Source: Ramazzottius varieornatus (taxonomy: Eukaryota; Animalia; Tardigrada). Taken from it: a stretch of DNA of 64,000 bases. Below are positions 11,276 through 22,387 of this stretch, piece after piece. The notes below the pieces were generated by a model. That model was not told the DNA's origin. It worked only from the letters and a program-made list of their open reading frames with translations, and searched no databases. The translations under genes were made by a program, and so were the position numbers. Positions within the stretch are counted from its first letter, which is position 1; every line of letters starts with the position of its first letter. The DNA is taken from contig BDGG01000002.1 of NCBI GenBank assembly GCA_001949185.1, forward strand, positions 3,717,826-3,781,825. Direction: 5' to 3'.

Positions 11276-14261
11276 CAGTACGAGGTGGGAGGCCCAACTT
11301 CGCTGCTGCATCAAACTTCGTGGTCTATGTTTGTTCCTGAATTACAAACTACACGTGCGGTAGAAAAATCAGGATCTTTTTCTAAAATTGGACACAACAC
11401 TGGTCTTCAGTTTAAACCGAAGACAACTAAGATTGAGAGTGGAGATCGGTGGAAGATTTTGATGACCCGATGTCATGTCAAACAAGCCGTTCTGATGTTA
11501 GGGAAAAGGCAACCTGCAGACGACACCACATCTGCTCAAAAGTCAGCTGATTGGCATGAATTACGTGATGTGTAACGCAGTGAGCTGTCAAAGTCCCACG
11601 AAGTTTTTACCCGTAGCAATTCTTGGGTCGAGTTTGATTGAAACCGAGGCTCTGTCACGTAACACCCAATCGTCAAGAGCATTGCTTTCTACAAGCATCA
11701 AGCCAATATCTCAGTACAGCTGGAGGTCATGTCATATAACATGCTGTCATTTCCCGCCCGTAAGCATTGTGAAATTTCACTGTTTTCCTCCAGCGACATT
11801 GTCTGCGAGTTTGGGTTGTCTTCTTGATCCCGTATCTGTTTCTGGTATTCCGAGCGGCAATTATGGAAAAGCCGAAGCGAAGATATTCGAGGAGCTATCC
11901 GCAGATGGAAGCTGCAGTGGCCGCCGCAGCAAACAGAGAAACGAACGGAGAGCAAGCTGTGGAAAAGTTCGGAATCCCACCATCAACTTTGAGAGACCGA
12001 TTGAATGGTCGTCATACGAAAAAGATTGGTCGACCAACGAGTTTCACGGAGGAGAAGAGCTCGAGATCTGTGACATACTCTTGAGCTGTATGAAAGTCGG
12101 AGCACCACTAAACAAGCGGAAGCTAACTGGAATTGTGCGAGCCATAGGACTAGCCAAAGGTAAGCTAGTTTTGATGTCGCCGCTCTGCAAAGCCGTGCGT
12201 TCTCTGCTTGTACTCGTTCCCGAACTCATATTATGCAGTCGACTGTGGAATTAAAAGCTTTTCGGATTTCTTTTCAGGGATTGACGAGGCTAAGTTCGGC
12301 AACCGCTGGCACCGTGGTTTACTGCGACGACACCCAGATATCTCGGTGCGAGTTATTAGCGCGACAAGCTTTAAAAAAGCCAGAGAATGGACGAAGGATC
12401 GATGTGAAGGTTGGATAGCCAATCTGCAAAGTCTCGGCGACCGGGGATCTCTGGATGATCCAAACGGCATCTGGAATTTGGATGAATCGAGTTTTCAACT
12501 CGCTCGGATATATGACAAGGTTTACGCACAGAAAGGCGCCCAGGAAGTTCCGGCGTATGTGAAGGGCTCGGAAACAGACAGAGAGAACATGACGCTCTTG
12601 GCGCTGGGAAATTCTGCCAGAAAGATGCTTCGGCCGTTGATTCTTTACAAGGGCAAGATGCACATAGAATCACATTTTGCTGATACGAACGATGAGAGTT
12701 TCCTGAGCACGAACTCCTCCGGGGTCATGAATCCGTTCGTGCTGCATGATTATCTAGAGAAAGAATGGTCTACCTCGATAACGACTCACAAGGTAAATCT
12801 GTAAGCTCAGCGAAACTTGGCGCCTTTGTGGCAGAGCGGATATTGAGCACAGAATTTATTATGTTCGTCTTTGTTGCAGAACGTTCTCTTCTTCGATGGA
12901 CATACGTCTCATCTTAACTGTATTCAGTTTCTGGCCGCTTGCATGAATATTAGCGAGAAGGAGATCGAAGTCATGTGTTTGCCATCGGGACAGACCGCTT
13001 TCCTTCAGCCGCTAGACAAAAAAGTGTTCGGCGGGGTAAAACAAAAATGGACGAAATACCTTCAGGACTCCAGGCTTGATACATCCGTGGATGTAAGAAC
13101 ATACAGATATTTACGAGGCTCTGGTAGTAAGAATGTTGCACTTTTGGCCATTATTTTTCACTTTCCAGGTGACAAAACGTAATTTTCCCTCATATCGTCA
13201 AGCTTTGGAAGCCCGATTCCTGTGTTCACTCGTTTAACTTTACTCGTCCCTTGAAAGACGGATTTGAGAAGGCAGGAATCTACCCGTTCAGTCCTGGGCT
13301 GCTGAGAGATAAAAAAATTGAGTCCCAGTAACAAGAGATCCGCCGCATCTTACAGGAAAAGTTGAGCATAAGCGAAGACAGAACGAATACCTGCATCCTC
13401 TGGATCAAGCAGGTTATCTCGGGAAAGCTTACTGCGTCCGTCATAGCCAGGGAATTTCATGGACATTTACTCAAAGCAGCGCCTAAAAAGAAACGAATGA
13501 TAAAAGATTCGCGGTTGGACACGTCTCACGGCCTGGCTTTGGTCCATTCTGGATATATCAGCCTGAAAGCGGATAAGATACGCACAAGTAAAGAAGCTAA
13601 GACCAAGAAAAGAAACGATACTGCCGTGAACAGAACTCCAGCAATTCCTAAAGTAATCCGCAAAACAGCAAGCGTTGGAGCAAAAGCCGCTGCAAAACTA
13701 TCAGAGTCGCAAGCTGCTCCTGTGGTAGATCCGGCAGTATCGTCCAATAATCTCGGAAACAACACAGCACCAGCAAGAAAGGCCAGAGAAGGAAATTCAG
13801 CAGCCAGATTTAACGCAAAACAAGCAGCGGTGTTAATCGTCCAACAGCTCGATGTCTCTCCTTCCACCGCTGCGAAGCAATAGTGTGATTGTTCAAGAGT
13901 TTTTCGACAGGTTTCCGAGCTTACTTTGCACGTTCTAGCTGCCTCATTTGACGTTACCACTTACCTCTTCCGATGTCACATAATATGACATTACTTCCAG
14001 CTGGTACGGAAAGTTGGGTTAGCACAAGTAGAAATCATTGCCCTCCGGCAGTTTGTACGGTTAAATAAACCTGGATTTCTACACGTATCGGTCTAAAAAT
14101 CGCTACGGGTAAAAACTTCGTGGAAACTTAGCTCCCAGCATGGATTGTTCACACACACGATCAGCTGGCTGGTGTTAGATCAGCCGAGTGGTGCGCCACC
14201 GAGTGGTCGCTTGCCCACGAAGTTAGGTCGACAACGAAGTTAGGCCTCGCACCTCGTACTG
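11276..14261 (+). mobile_element. pogo/Fot-like (Tc1/mariner superfamily) DNA transposon nested in a Sola transposase intron
   Basis: 30-bp TIRs 11276-11305 cagtacgaggtgggaggcccaacttcgctg and 14232-14261 (27/30); further subterminal inverted blocks; flanks are TC and TT rather than TA. Confidence 0.88.
11863..13883 (+). pseudogene. pogo-type transposase (psq HTH, CENP-B HTH, DDE_1 domain), 4 exons, disabled
   Basis: FGIPPSTLRDRLNG..GRPT; RWHRGLLRRHPDIS; IWNLDESSF; LFFDGHTSH; LPSGQTAFLQPLD; frameshift near 12050 and in-frame TAA near 13329. Confidence 0.85.
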
Positions 14262-16088
14262 TTTTTAAGTCTCACGAACAACTATCCACTTACAGGCGGC
14301 CAGAACAAGAATCGGTTCTTGATCGGATACTCTGCCCATCTGATCAATAGTGGCAGGTATAAGGAAGTGGAAGTTCACTTCCTACCCGTTGGGCATACCA
14401 AATTTAGCCCTGATGCGTTTTTCGGGCTGTTCAAGCGTGTGTTTCCACATCTGAATCTGGACTTACCCAACGAGCTACGTGAAAGGGTCGGTCCACACGT
14501 GGAGCACTCTGTGACGTTTGTAAAAGGCGAAGCACCGTTCAGCTGGAAGTGGTTCAACTGGAAGGCGTACCTCGAACCCCGTTACGACGAAAGGCATACA
14601 GGGATCATTCCACTTCCGGCTCTTCAACAGCGAAGATCAAGGTGTAAAGCTCCGTCACTGTGCTGTCGAAGGGGACGCAGAGAAAGAGCTGGTCCTCGAA
14701 TACAATCACAAAAAGACAGTAAGGAAGGACACTCAGGCAAAACGTCAAAAGCGCGTAGACGAGAGGCCTACCCCGAAAGAGATCTGCGTTGCGGGTCTTG
14801 GCGAGATCCACAAGCACCAACTCATCGACGAGATTACCCAGTTCGTATCCTCTGACAATCAAAAAGAATCGATCGCTTACGTTAAGTCAACGTACAAAGA
14901 GCCGATGGACGAAGATTCGGAAGACGAAAGCAATAGGGGATCGACGAAGAATAATTACAAATGTATTACCTCAACTCCTCACTGTCACGCTTCAACCTTT
15001 TATGGTATTTTGTGCCTGTTTTGAAAATTCCTATCTCAGTTGCGTTTTCAAACGTGATCGCAATTCTGGTGTTCAGTTTCAAAGCATATTTCAGTTTCAT
15101 TTTAGAATATTGCGTTTTCGAAGTTTTCATTTTCTCACCCTTGTTTGCCCCGTCAATATCTTCCGTCTCATAACTCTGATAGAATTTCTGTAAAGCGCGA
15201 TAGAAAGCTCTTGAGTTGCTCTATCGCATCGTACAGAAACCCTCGGATCGCCCTCAGGTGCCCAGACACAGAAAGTCGATTCCTGAACAGTTGGAAAAAA
15301 TTCATGATTTAGGGTTTCTAATTGACACTACCCAAATTATCGCGCACTGAACCACGTGATGAGTCATCGCTGCCCAGCGTGATCAGATGTTATCAGTTTA
15401 GCCTCGCTGACTCTCACCCAGGCATCATTTACTGTCCACGTGGTTGCGTGCGCGATAGTTTGGTAGTACTACAGTAATTGAGTTCCCTATGGCGAATGGC
15501 CTATGTTGCGGTGTGCATTTACCATTGATCATTTGAGAGGCAAATTGGAAAGGCAAATCTTTGACTAGTTTATTGGTTCATAAGTAAAATACATGTGCTG
15601 TAGTCTTGCGGATACAACTCTAAATCAAAAATTTGCACCGGAAAGAATGCACTTTTAACACTGTAGCGACAGTAACGCAGGACGTAACAAGACCAGACGG
15701 AACAGTCGGGAACAGACTTGGGTGGGACAATTGATTCACGCGTTTATCGAGTCGCTTGGATGATTCCGAATTTCCGGCACTGTAGCCGGGACCAGAAACG
15801 CATAATCAAGCTCTTGATTGATTACGTCAAAGGCAAAGTAGGCTAGGATCACGGCTCAGCCAATCACGCCAGTGCCTTAAACGACCTCACCCTAAGACCT
15901 AAAAACAAAAAGGCGAGTACTGTAGGATTTCATTCTTGATTCTCCTGCATCTAAGTCAGCGGCTTGTCGTGTCGGACAGCCTGTATCATCACGCAACGGT
16001 TTTTATGGCCACCTGGTCTCAGATGGACGCGCGGTTCAGCAGCGCTACAGTGACTTCCAGCGTTTACCCGTGCTCTATAACAGACTAG

Positions 16089-16270
16089 CAGAGCCTGGCC
16101 GAGCTAGGCCGCGCCCAGGCTTTGTGGACGTCACCCAAGTTAAAAATTCTCAATTGATTGACAGTTTTGATTAAGCGTGTCGATATATTATTACGATCGG
16201 TGAATCGATCTGAACGATCTGTTGGTGACGTCGAAAACGCCTGGGCGCGGCCCAGCTCGGCTAGACTGTG
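16089..16270. mobile_element. MITE with about 47-bp imperfect TIRs
   Basis: cagagcctggccgagctaggccgcgcccaggc..gacgtcacc versus reverse complement of the right end cacagtctagccgagctgggccgcgcccaggc..gacgtcacc. Confidence 0.7.
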
Positions 16271-16413
16271 TACAAGTACGCGATATATTTCTGGAAGAAG
16301 TCGAAGGTGGCAACTGTTGAGTTCGGACAGAGATCTGCAGATCTCGTAGTGGACTCATTCTGTGGTATCTGGAGCATGCGGTTTATTGGTGAAGGGCTTG
16401 TGAAGCTCTAGGG

Positions 16414-17446
16414 ATGTCGCTGCCTACTGGTGTCCCACCGGAAGACGAGGACGAGGAGGTGATGTCCGGGTCGGAGACTGGCGAGATGTCGGAAGAAGGA
16501 TACGCTGTTGAAGAGGGAGATATTCGGCCCGTGTACGTTCTCTCAACCGAAGACCTGCAAGTTGTTGATGCTAACAATTTTACGAGCGCAGCTACTGGAG
16601 ACAGAAGTTTTCGAAGTGAAGATTTGAATTTTCTCTCAGGTATGACGTATTTTGCAAACATTTGATTTGCTGATTGATCCGCATTTACAGTTTGCTGAAT
16701 GTTGAGTATTTTGTTTCGTACTTTCGGATGGAGGTAAAAGAAGGAGAGGCAGACCAAGAGGAACTACAGCTGCTAATGGGTATAAAGTAAGTCCTGGAAG
16801 ACCTCCTGGGAGCCTTCAGAAGCGTGAAGTGAGGACATGGATAGAGGAGTCGTCGCACGAACAGCACACAACGGTGACGGCGAGCGTTACAACAAATAGC
16901 AGTCACAGTACAACCCAAGGTAAATTCCTTAAGAACGTTAGCCTTATGAGTTTGCGCAATTACCGAACCTTGAAGATCTTGATCGTTCAGCTAAGCCGCG
17001 AGGAAGGAGAAAAGGCACGACTCGCGCGAATGGATTCAAAGTTTCGACAGGTATGTTCAATGAGGATGCCTGGCACGGACCTACGTACCATGTAACACGT
17101 TCAATGTATTTTGCGCTGTATGTGGGTGTGTGGAACATGTGAAGGGTTTGGTTACAGTGCTTCCGGTTGTATTGTTTAAGCTCATGGCACTGTTCTGAGG
17201 GAGTGTTTTCTTTCAGGACGTCCACGAGGAACGACTCGTCAAGCTGGCTACAAAGTCAGTACAGGTCGCCCGAGGAAGAAGCAAGAGGTTTCGCCATCAT
17301 CCGAAGCATCTCCGCGCGCGATCGATGGGAACGCTAACCGCATGATCGTCGCACACGTTAAACTGGAACCTTCCTCGGACTACTCACCCAGACCGATTCA
17401 CGAACTGCCTGCGCCGGATCTCAGTATTCCTTTTTATGCCCACTAA
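16414..17446 (+). CDS. C5orf24/UPF0461-like protein with AT-hook-like GRPxGTT..G(Y/F)KVS.GRP repeats; 4 exons
   Basis: Exons 16414-16639, about 16707-16919, 16991-17050, 17217-17446 splice to give KRRRGRPRGTTAANGYKVSPGRPPGS ... [39 protein letters not shown]; acidic N-terminus; exon 2 acceptor uncertain. Confidence 0.75.
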
Positions 17447-18881
17447 GTTAATTCAGAGTTCGCGATTCGTTTCGAGGTGACATTGGTAGATACGCTTCCT
17501 CGCTGACTTCTTCGACCTGTTGTTACGTGCTCTGATACACAAAAGAATATGCGTTTGATTCGATTTGTTTTATCTGCTTTTACTAAATCTAGTGCGGCAT
17601 TCTGTGAAAGCTCGACGGGATGCGGGACACGGAGATTCGACAAATTTGGGTTGGGCAACGGCACTGGATAATTGGAGTGGACAAAGGGATGTTGGAGCCT
17701 GAGGGTAGCACGACACGTTTTCTGTACAGTGCGAAGGAATGGAACTCTCGAAAGAGCAGTCGAAACGACGGACGAAACGTACAAGATCGTCACAAGTTGC
17801 GCGATAGCGCATTGAAGTTGGCTCGAAGCGGACGCCGCTAAAAGTCACGACTTGTACGTTTGGCATGCCGGCCTCCCATTTACCCTAAAGCCAGCATTAT
17901 AGCCCATTTCTCCGCACTGGATCTCTGGGAGACAATAGCCGTCGCGTTTTCCACTCCCATCTCGCCACATCCCGGGATGTGAAAGTTGCGGAAACGTGCT
18001 ATTGATACTTGGCCCTGGTGATCCACGTCACGCGCTTTACTGAAGTGTAATAGGTCGGGATCCAAACACCTTTCCCATATAATATAACCGGGTTTTTCGA
18101 GTTTCTGGATATTTGAACTACGCCCTGAAGAATTAACGTCTTGGTCGAACAAACTAATTTAAATATTTATTTCAGCCGAAGTTGCAAGTTAAAACAGTTC
18201 GAAAACAACACACCCAGGCTCCGGCATAGTCCTTCTGTCTTTTTACTATGCCGGCATACTGTAATTTTATCAGTTTTTTGTTTTTCCACCTGTTGTTGCA
18301 CGCTTCTATCGTGATAGCGTTTGCACGTTAAGCATCAATTTGCTCATTATAGCAGCTTTCTTGGTGACTTGTCCGAGACACTACCAGTCGAAATCAAACT
18401 CGGAGTGGTGGTACAGTGAGCGGTTGATGGTGTTAAGATTCTGAATGTCAGTGGTGAGAGGAGCCCGCTGGTGGTGTTGCAGATAATCGCGAAGGTGTAG
18501 CGAGATCATCGGTGGTGCCGGTGGTGGGAAAGGAGCGCTCGCCTTAATGACTTCCTACAGTGTCCACCTACGAACATGTCTCATGACGTTGTACCAGCGC
18601 TGCTTGCTCGGCACGCAGTAAGTTTCTCTTCGGACAAACTGAATGAACCTTGTTTTATCGTAGTAATGAGTTTACAAATAAAAGACTCAAGTGTTCAAGA
18701 CTTGAAAGGAAAGGGAACAGGATAAAAACGGCGAGAGAAAATCAATCAAGAGGTGAGGTAAGTTATATCACAAGAAGCAAAAATGTCCGGGCAAACAAAC
18801 CTCGAAAGTACCACCGCCGAGAGAACCACGGAGAAAGGAGCTCAAGGCTGTAAAATCACGAAGGTAAAAAACGCGTGCCTT

Positions 18882-20192
18882 TTATGTTCGATCAGGAACA
18901 GTCGAATCTGTTTGTTTTGATCGTTTATTCGTCGACTCTGGCGTCTTGGTTTCCAACACCTTTTCATCTTCCTTCCTTTTCGCCGTGAACGAATTCAGGG
19001 TGGGTTCCTCATCCTCACTTAATGCATCGTCATCCTCGTAGTCATCTTGAAAGAAGTCGTTCATGTCTAGCGAAGGATCTTTCTTGAGGGGTGAATTTTT
19101 GATACAGTACTCTTCGACTGTTTGTGGAACCACGATGCCGTCTCGGACTGCATCAGCTTTGGTAGCGTTCACCTGTTCCCTCACCGTGTTCTCATAACCC
19201 TTATCGCCCTTCTCTTTCCATTTCCGATACATAACGGAAGCATCAACGTTAGCGGGGCTGCTGGTGTTGGGCTCGTTGAGCAAGGAGATGATACTCATCA
19301 AGATGGAGTGGACGTTCTGCGTTGGGTTCCACCTTTCTGAGGGAAGTTCGCCTGAACGGGGATCGTCGGTCGGTGGATGTAGGATGCTTATGCATACTGT
19401 TCCATTATCATACCTAAAACAAGACAGAACGTGACCAAACGACATCAATATGGGCGAACATCGGAAACCCTATTTCGTCCATGCCGTAAACGCAAGACGA
19501 GAAATTATGGTTACTACAGTAAAATTTGTGGGACAGGCGGAAAGGACGGCGAAATGGAAATTCGACCGTAGAAAGTGGCAAAAAATATATGACTCTGAAT
19601 CGGTCGCGTACGTACGGGCTCCCGCACCTACCTAGCGAAAAGCATTGTACCATAATTTCTCGTCCTGCGTGTACACGTTGTTTTGATTAAGACAGAAGCT
19701 TACACATTCGGGTGGAGAATCTTAGTGGTGAACTTCAGCGAAGGAGGAGAAAAAGGATAATCCTGAGGAAACTTCCTGGAGAAAAATATAGCCTTTACTG
19801 GCATCGCATGTACGGAACATGTGCAGTACAGTGTCAGAAAACGGATTATACTATAGTCTGAAGACGGCATGATGTCACGAACACACCTTCACAGTCCACT
19901 GTCTACAAACCCTATCGTGACATCATGCGCGAAATAATGGCTACAACATAGTCCGTTACGGCGTTATCAAACCTTACATAGTGGCTCTGAAGTAGCCTCC
20001 AGCAAACAGGGTGTCCGGTGGTCCAAAGATGGCCACCTCCCATTCAAACAGATTGTCTTCTTTGAGGAGCTTGACTCGAAATCCCTCCATCGGTTCCTTT
20101 TGCAACAGCTGAAATTCCTGCATAAGCACGCGCACAGCATGGTGACTAGCTCCAGCAGCACCCGTCTTCCCTCCACGCGTCACACTACTCAT
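18882..20192 (-). CDS. CDC34: Ubiquitin-conjugating enzyme E2 R (Cdc34); 3 coding exons
   Basis: NLFEWEVAIFGPPDTLFAGGYF, FPQDYPFSPP, HPNVY.NGTVCISILHPP with the Cdc34 acidic-loop insert SGELPSERWNPTQNV; acidic C-terminal tail. Confidence 0.95.
19489..19671. mobile_element. TA-flanked MITE family A, copy 1 (CDC34 intron)
   Basis: TIRs aacgcaagacgagaaattatggt and accataatttctcgtcctgcgtg; TA on both sides. Confidence 0.8.
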
Positions 20193-20792
20193 AGCTCCTC
20201 CCTTCCCTGTCCGCTTTGGTAATATCCTGAAAACGGCGAGATGATATAAAGAAAGACTAGATTAGACGTTTTGTCATAAATTCGCCATAGTGTCGTCCGA
20301 ACTCAACTTCCATCGCAGTCCATGACTCACCCGAGAAACCACAGCCTCTTGATCAGTACCACTGCTTTCAGAGCAAACGCGACTCCAAAAATATTCAGTT
20401 TAAATTACTACAAGGAAAACGTCTGTGGTCGCTTGAAAAGTTCGTTGGCAACAACAGGCGAAATAGACGTCGGGAAAGGGGTTATGAATGATTCATGAAC
20501 ACCAGTCGGAGGAGGAGCGTTGACTGCCTCAGCGACAGTGGAGGTATCAAAACGTCACGGTTCCTCTGTGCCCTTGCTGGTCCGTACATCCAAAGACGAA
20601 TGATCCCTGAGACAGGACGACAGAGGGAATGCAACGTAGACTCTGAGGTGAGACCCAATGTACGAGAACTCTGGCAGACACTTGAGAAGTTACTACGACC
20701 GCATTAGTCAGCTGTTTCATCTTTCTAGCAGTCTAACTTTTCGACTTGGGGGGGGGGGGTGAGGCTGTCCACCGCCCAGGCGGACTTTTCAG

Positions 20793-21201
20793 TAGAGCAC
20801 GGAATCTGGCCGCATGCGCTGTACTGTGCTGCAGCACGTGAGCTGACGAAATTTGTGCGGCACAGCACAGCATACAGCAGAAAGCCATAGACTACTGCGC
20901 AGATGCACCTACCGAAACCTAACAAAAATTACAGTTTTTGGGCATTCGAACGTCAGCCGCCTCAGCTTTGCCGTACTTTAGGGCAACGTTCTCCAGGTTG
21001 ACTACCGATTTCGCTGACTAAATTACAAACCACGTCAATACATCGGCGTTCCGCGCAGTTGCACCAGGTCAACGTGCATCTGCAGCACAGCTGCTTAGCC
21101 ACTGGGCATGAAAGTTGTGCAGCACGGCGCAGCGTACAGCGCCCTTGTAATGTGCGCAGCACAGTTACAGCGTACTTTTGGACCTGCGGCCCAGTGCTCT
21201 G
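20793..21201. mobile_element. hAT-type MITE
   Basis: Termini tagagcac...gtgctctg; 8-bp TSD cttttcag / ctttccag (7/8); internal gcagcac motifs. Confidence 0.7.
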
Positions 21202-22133
21202 CTTTCCAGTTAACACGGATCGGCTACGACTGGAAATGGTGAAAAACGACCACCCAAAATGGCTTTGATATCCAAGAGCGGGAAATTCCTAACCTGGAAG
21301 AACAGGATGGAAACGCCAGGATGGAAAGCTCGGAGCAAGGGTCAGGGTGGAGTTACCGGTTTTCCGTGACATCAAACCCGGAAATCACAGGTTTTAAACG
21401 TTCCTGGTTTTTGTTTCAAGGGTCCCTGGTTAACCACCCCATTTGTACTAATGTACCCTATGGAGTAGCATTCCCTCCAATTTCGGCCACACACCTTTAG
21501 CCAGTGCAATCCTGGCCTGCGGGGAGGAGCAAACTATTACACCAGTATAACGAAAATGATAGAAGACATCAGTTCGACGTTCGCCGTTAGTGAAATTACC
21601 TACGGCGGTGCTACAGGGTATGAAATCCATCCATACTAGCTCGAGAACTCAATGGGCAGTGGTATCCACAAAACCACAGCATGCTTGTCTGGCTTGTCGA
21701 CCAATATACTATTCCAAATTTTGAGCCGGAAGGGATGCATTTTGGACACTGTACAGTAACTCATGGCGATTCGAGAATTCGCGGGGCGGCACCCTAACGG
21801 GTACTGTTGCCGACGAGGGAGGCTAAAAGGGAAGAAAACGGGAACTGGGATGATAGCTGCGCGTATTCCAAGTTCCCAACCATCGAATTACTCCTTGTGA
21901 CTCGAAATAGAATGCAATAGCCTTATCCCATTCTTTTGTGACATACTTTCGCTTCTCCTCAGTCACATTCCATTCACAAGCTTATGTCCACTAATGTTTT
22001 ACTTTAGCCTTCACGGGCAAAGTTCAGCAGAGGGGTTCAAAGACAAACTTACGAACAACACCAGCTCCGCAACGACAGCTCGCGCCTAAAAATCCCATGT
22101 TAGACCACCTGTGTATCGGTGTATCGGTGGCAA

Positions 22134-22387
22134 CTATAGAATGCTCGGCGCTCAATCCGTTCTTACCCGTGGCTAAAAATATTTTAGCCGCGGCTAAAGC
22201 AGCTAACATACTTTTATCCACGGCTAAACTGTATTGTGCGTTCGCTTGATTCATTGATGCTGAAACCATTTGACTCTACATCTGTAAATCAATCGAACGC
22301 ACAATATATTTTAGCCCTGAATACAAGCTAAAATATTTTTGGCCACGGCTAAAGCGGCTTATTTCAGCTTCGCCGAGCCTTCTATAG
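22134..22387. mobile_element. Foldback MITE with long imperfect inverted arms
   Basis: ctatagaatgctcggcg / cgccgagccttctatag; ccgtggctaaaaatatttt / aaaatatttttggccacgg; attgtgcgttcg / cgaacgcacaat. Confidence 0.75.

Larger units (their letters stand above)
9057..14990 (+). pseudogene. Sola-type DDD transposase pseudogene, multi-exon, preceded by a BED-type zinc-finger exon and interrupted by a pogo element
   Basis: Motifs RTDLCGTCDQL, VITFDFAQ..P....YFK, FLMDEG, IYCDNC (about 11230-11246), GGQNKN (from about 14296), FLPVGHTKFSPDAFFGLFKR; in-frame stops near 10075 and 10263; frameshifts near 10385 and 14605; end approximate. Confidence 0.8.
7586..15333 (+). mobile_element. Sola-superfamily DNA transposon (Sola2-like), decayed, with cargo gene and nested pogo element
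   Basis: 31-bp TIRs 7586-7616 and 15303-15333 (29/31; GGGTA.TGTCAA.TAGAAACCCTAAATCATG); 4-bp TSD AAAT at 7582-85 and 15334-37; internal transposase motifs. Confidence 0.85.
7569..15474. mobile_element. TA-flanked MITE (about 154 bp when reconstituted), split by the Sola insertion
   Basis: Joining 7569-7585 to 15338 onward gives ctgtagtgctaccaaattatcgcgcactgaaccacgtg, which matches the reverse complement of the right end (ctgtagtactaccaaactatcgcgcacgcaaccacgtg); TA at 7567-68 and 15475-76. Confidence 0.85.

Noticed and set aside
11556-12254. 232-aa ORF as an independent gene
   Set aside because: Only its 3' part is the frameshifted pogo transposase; the rest runs through subterminal repeat sequence
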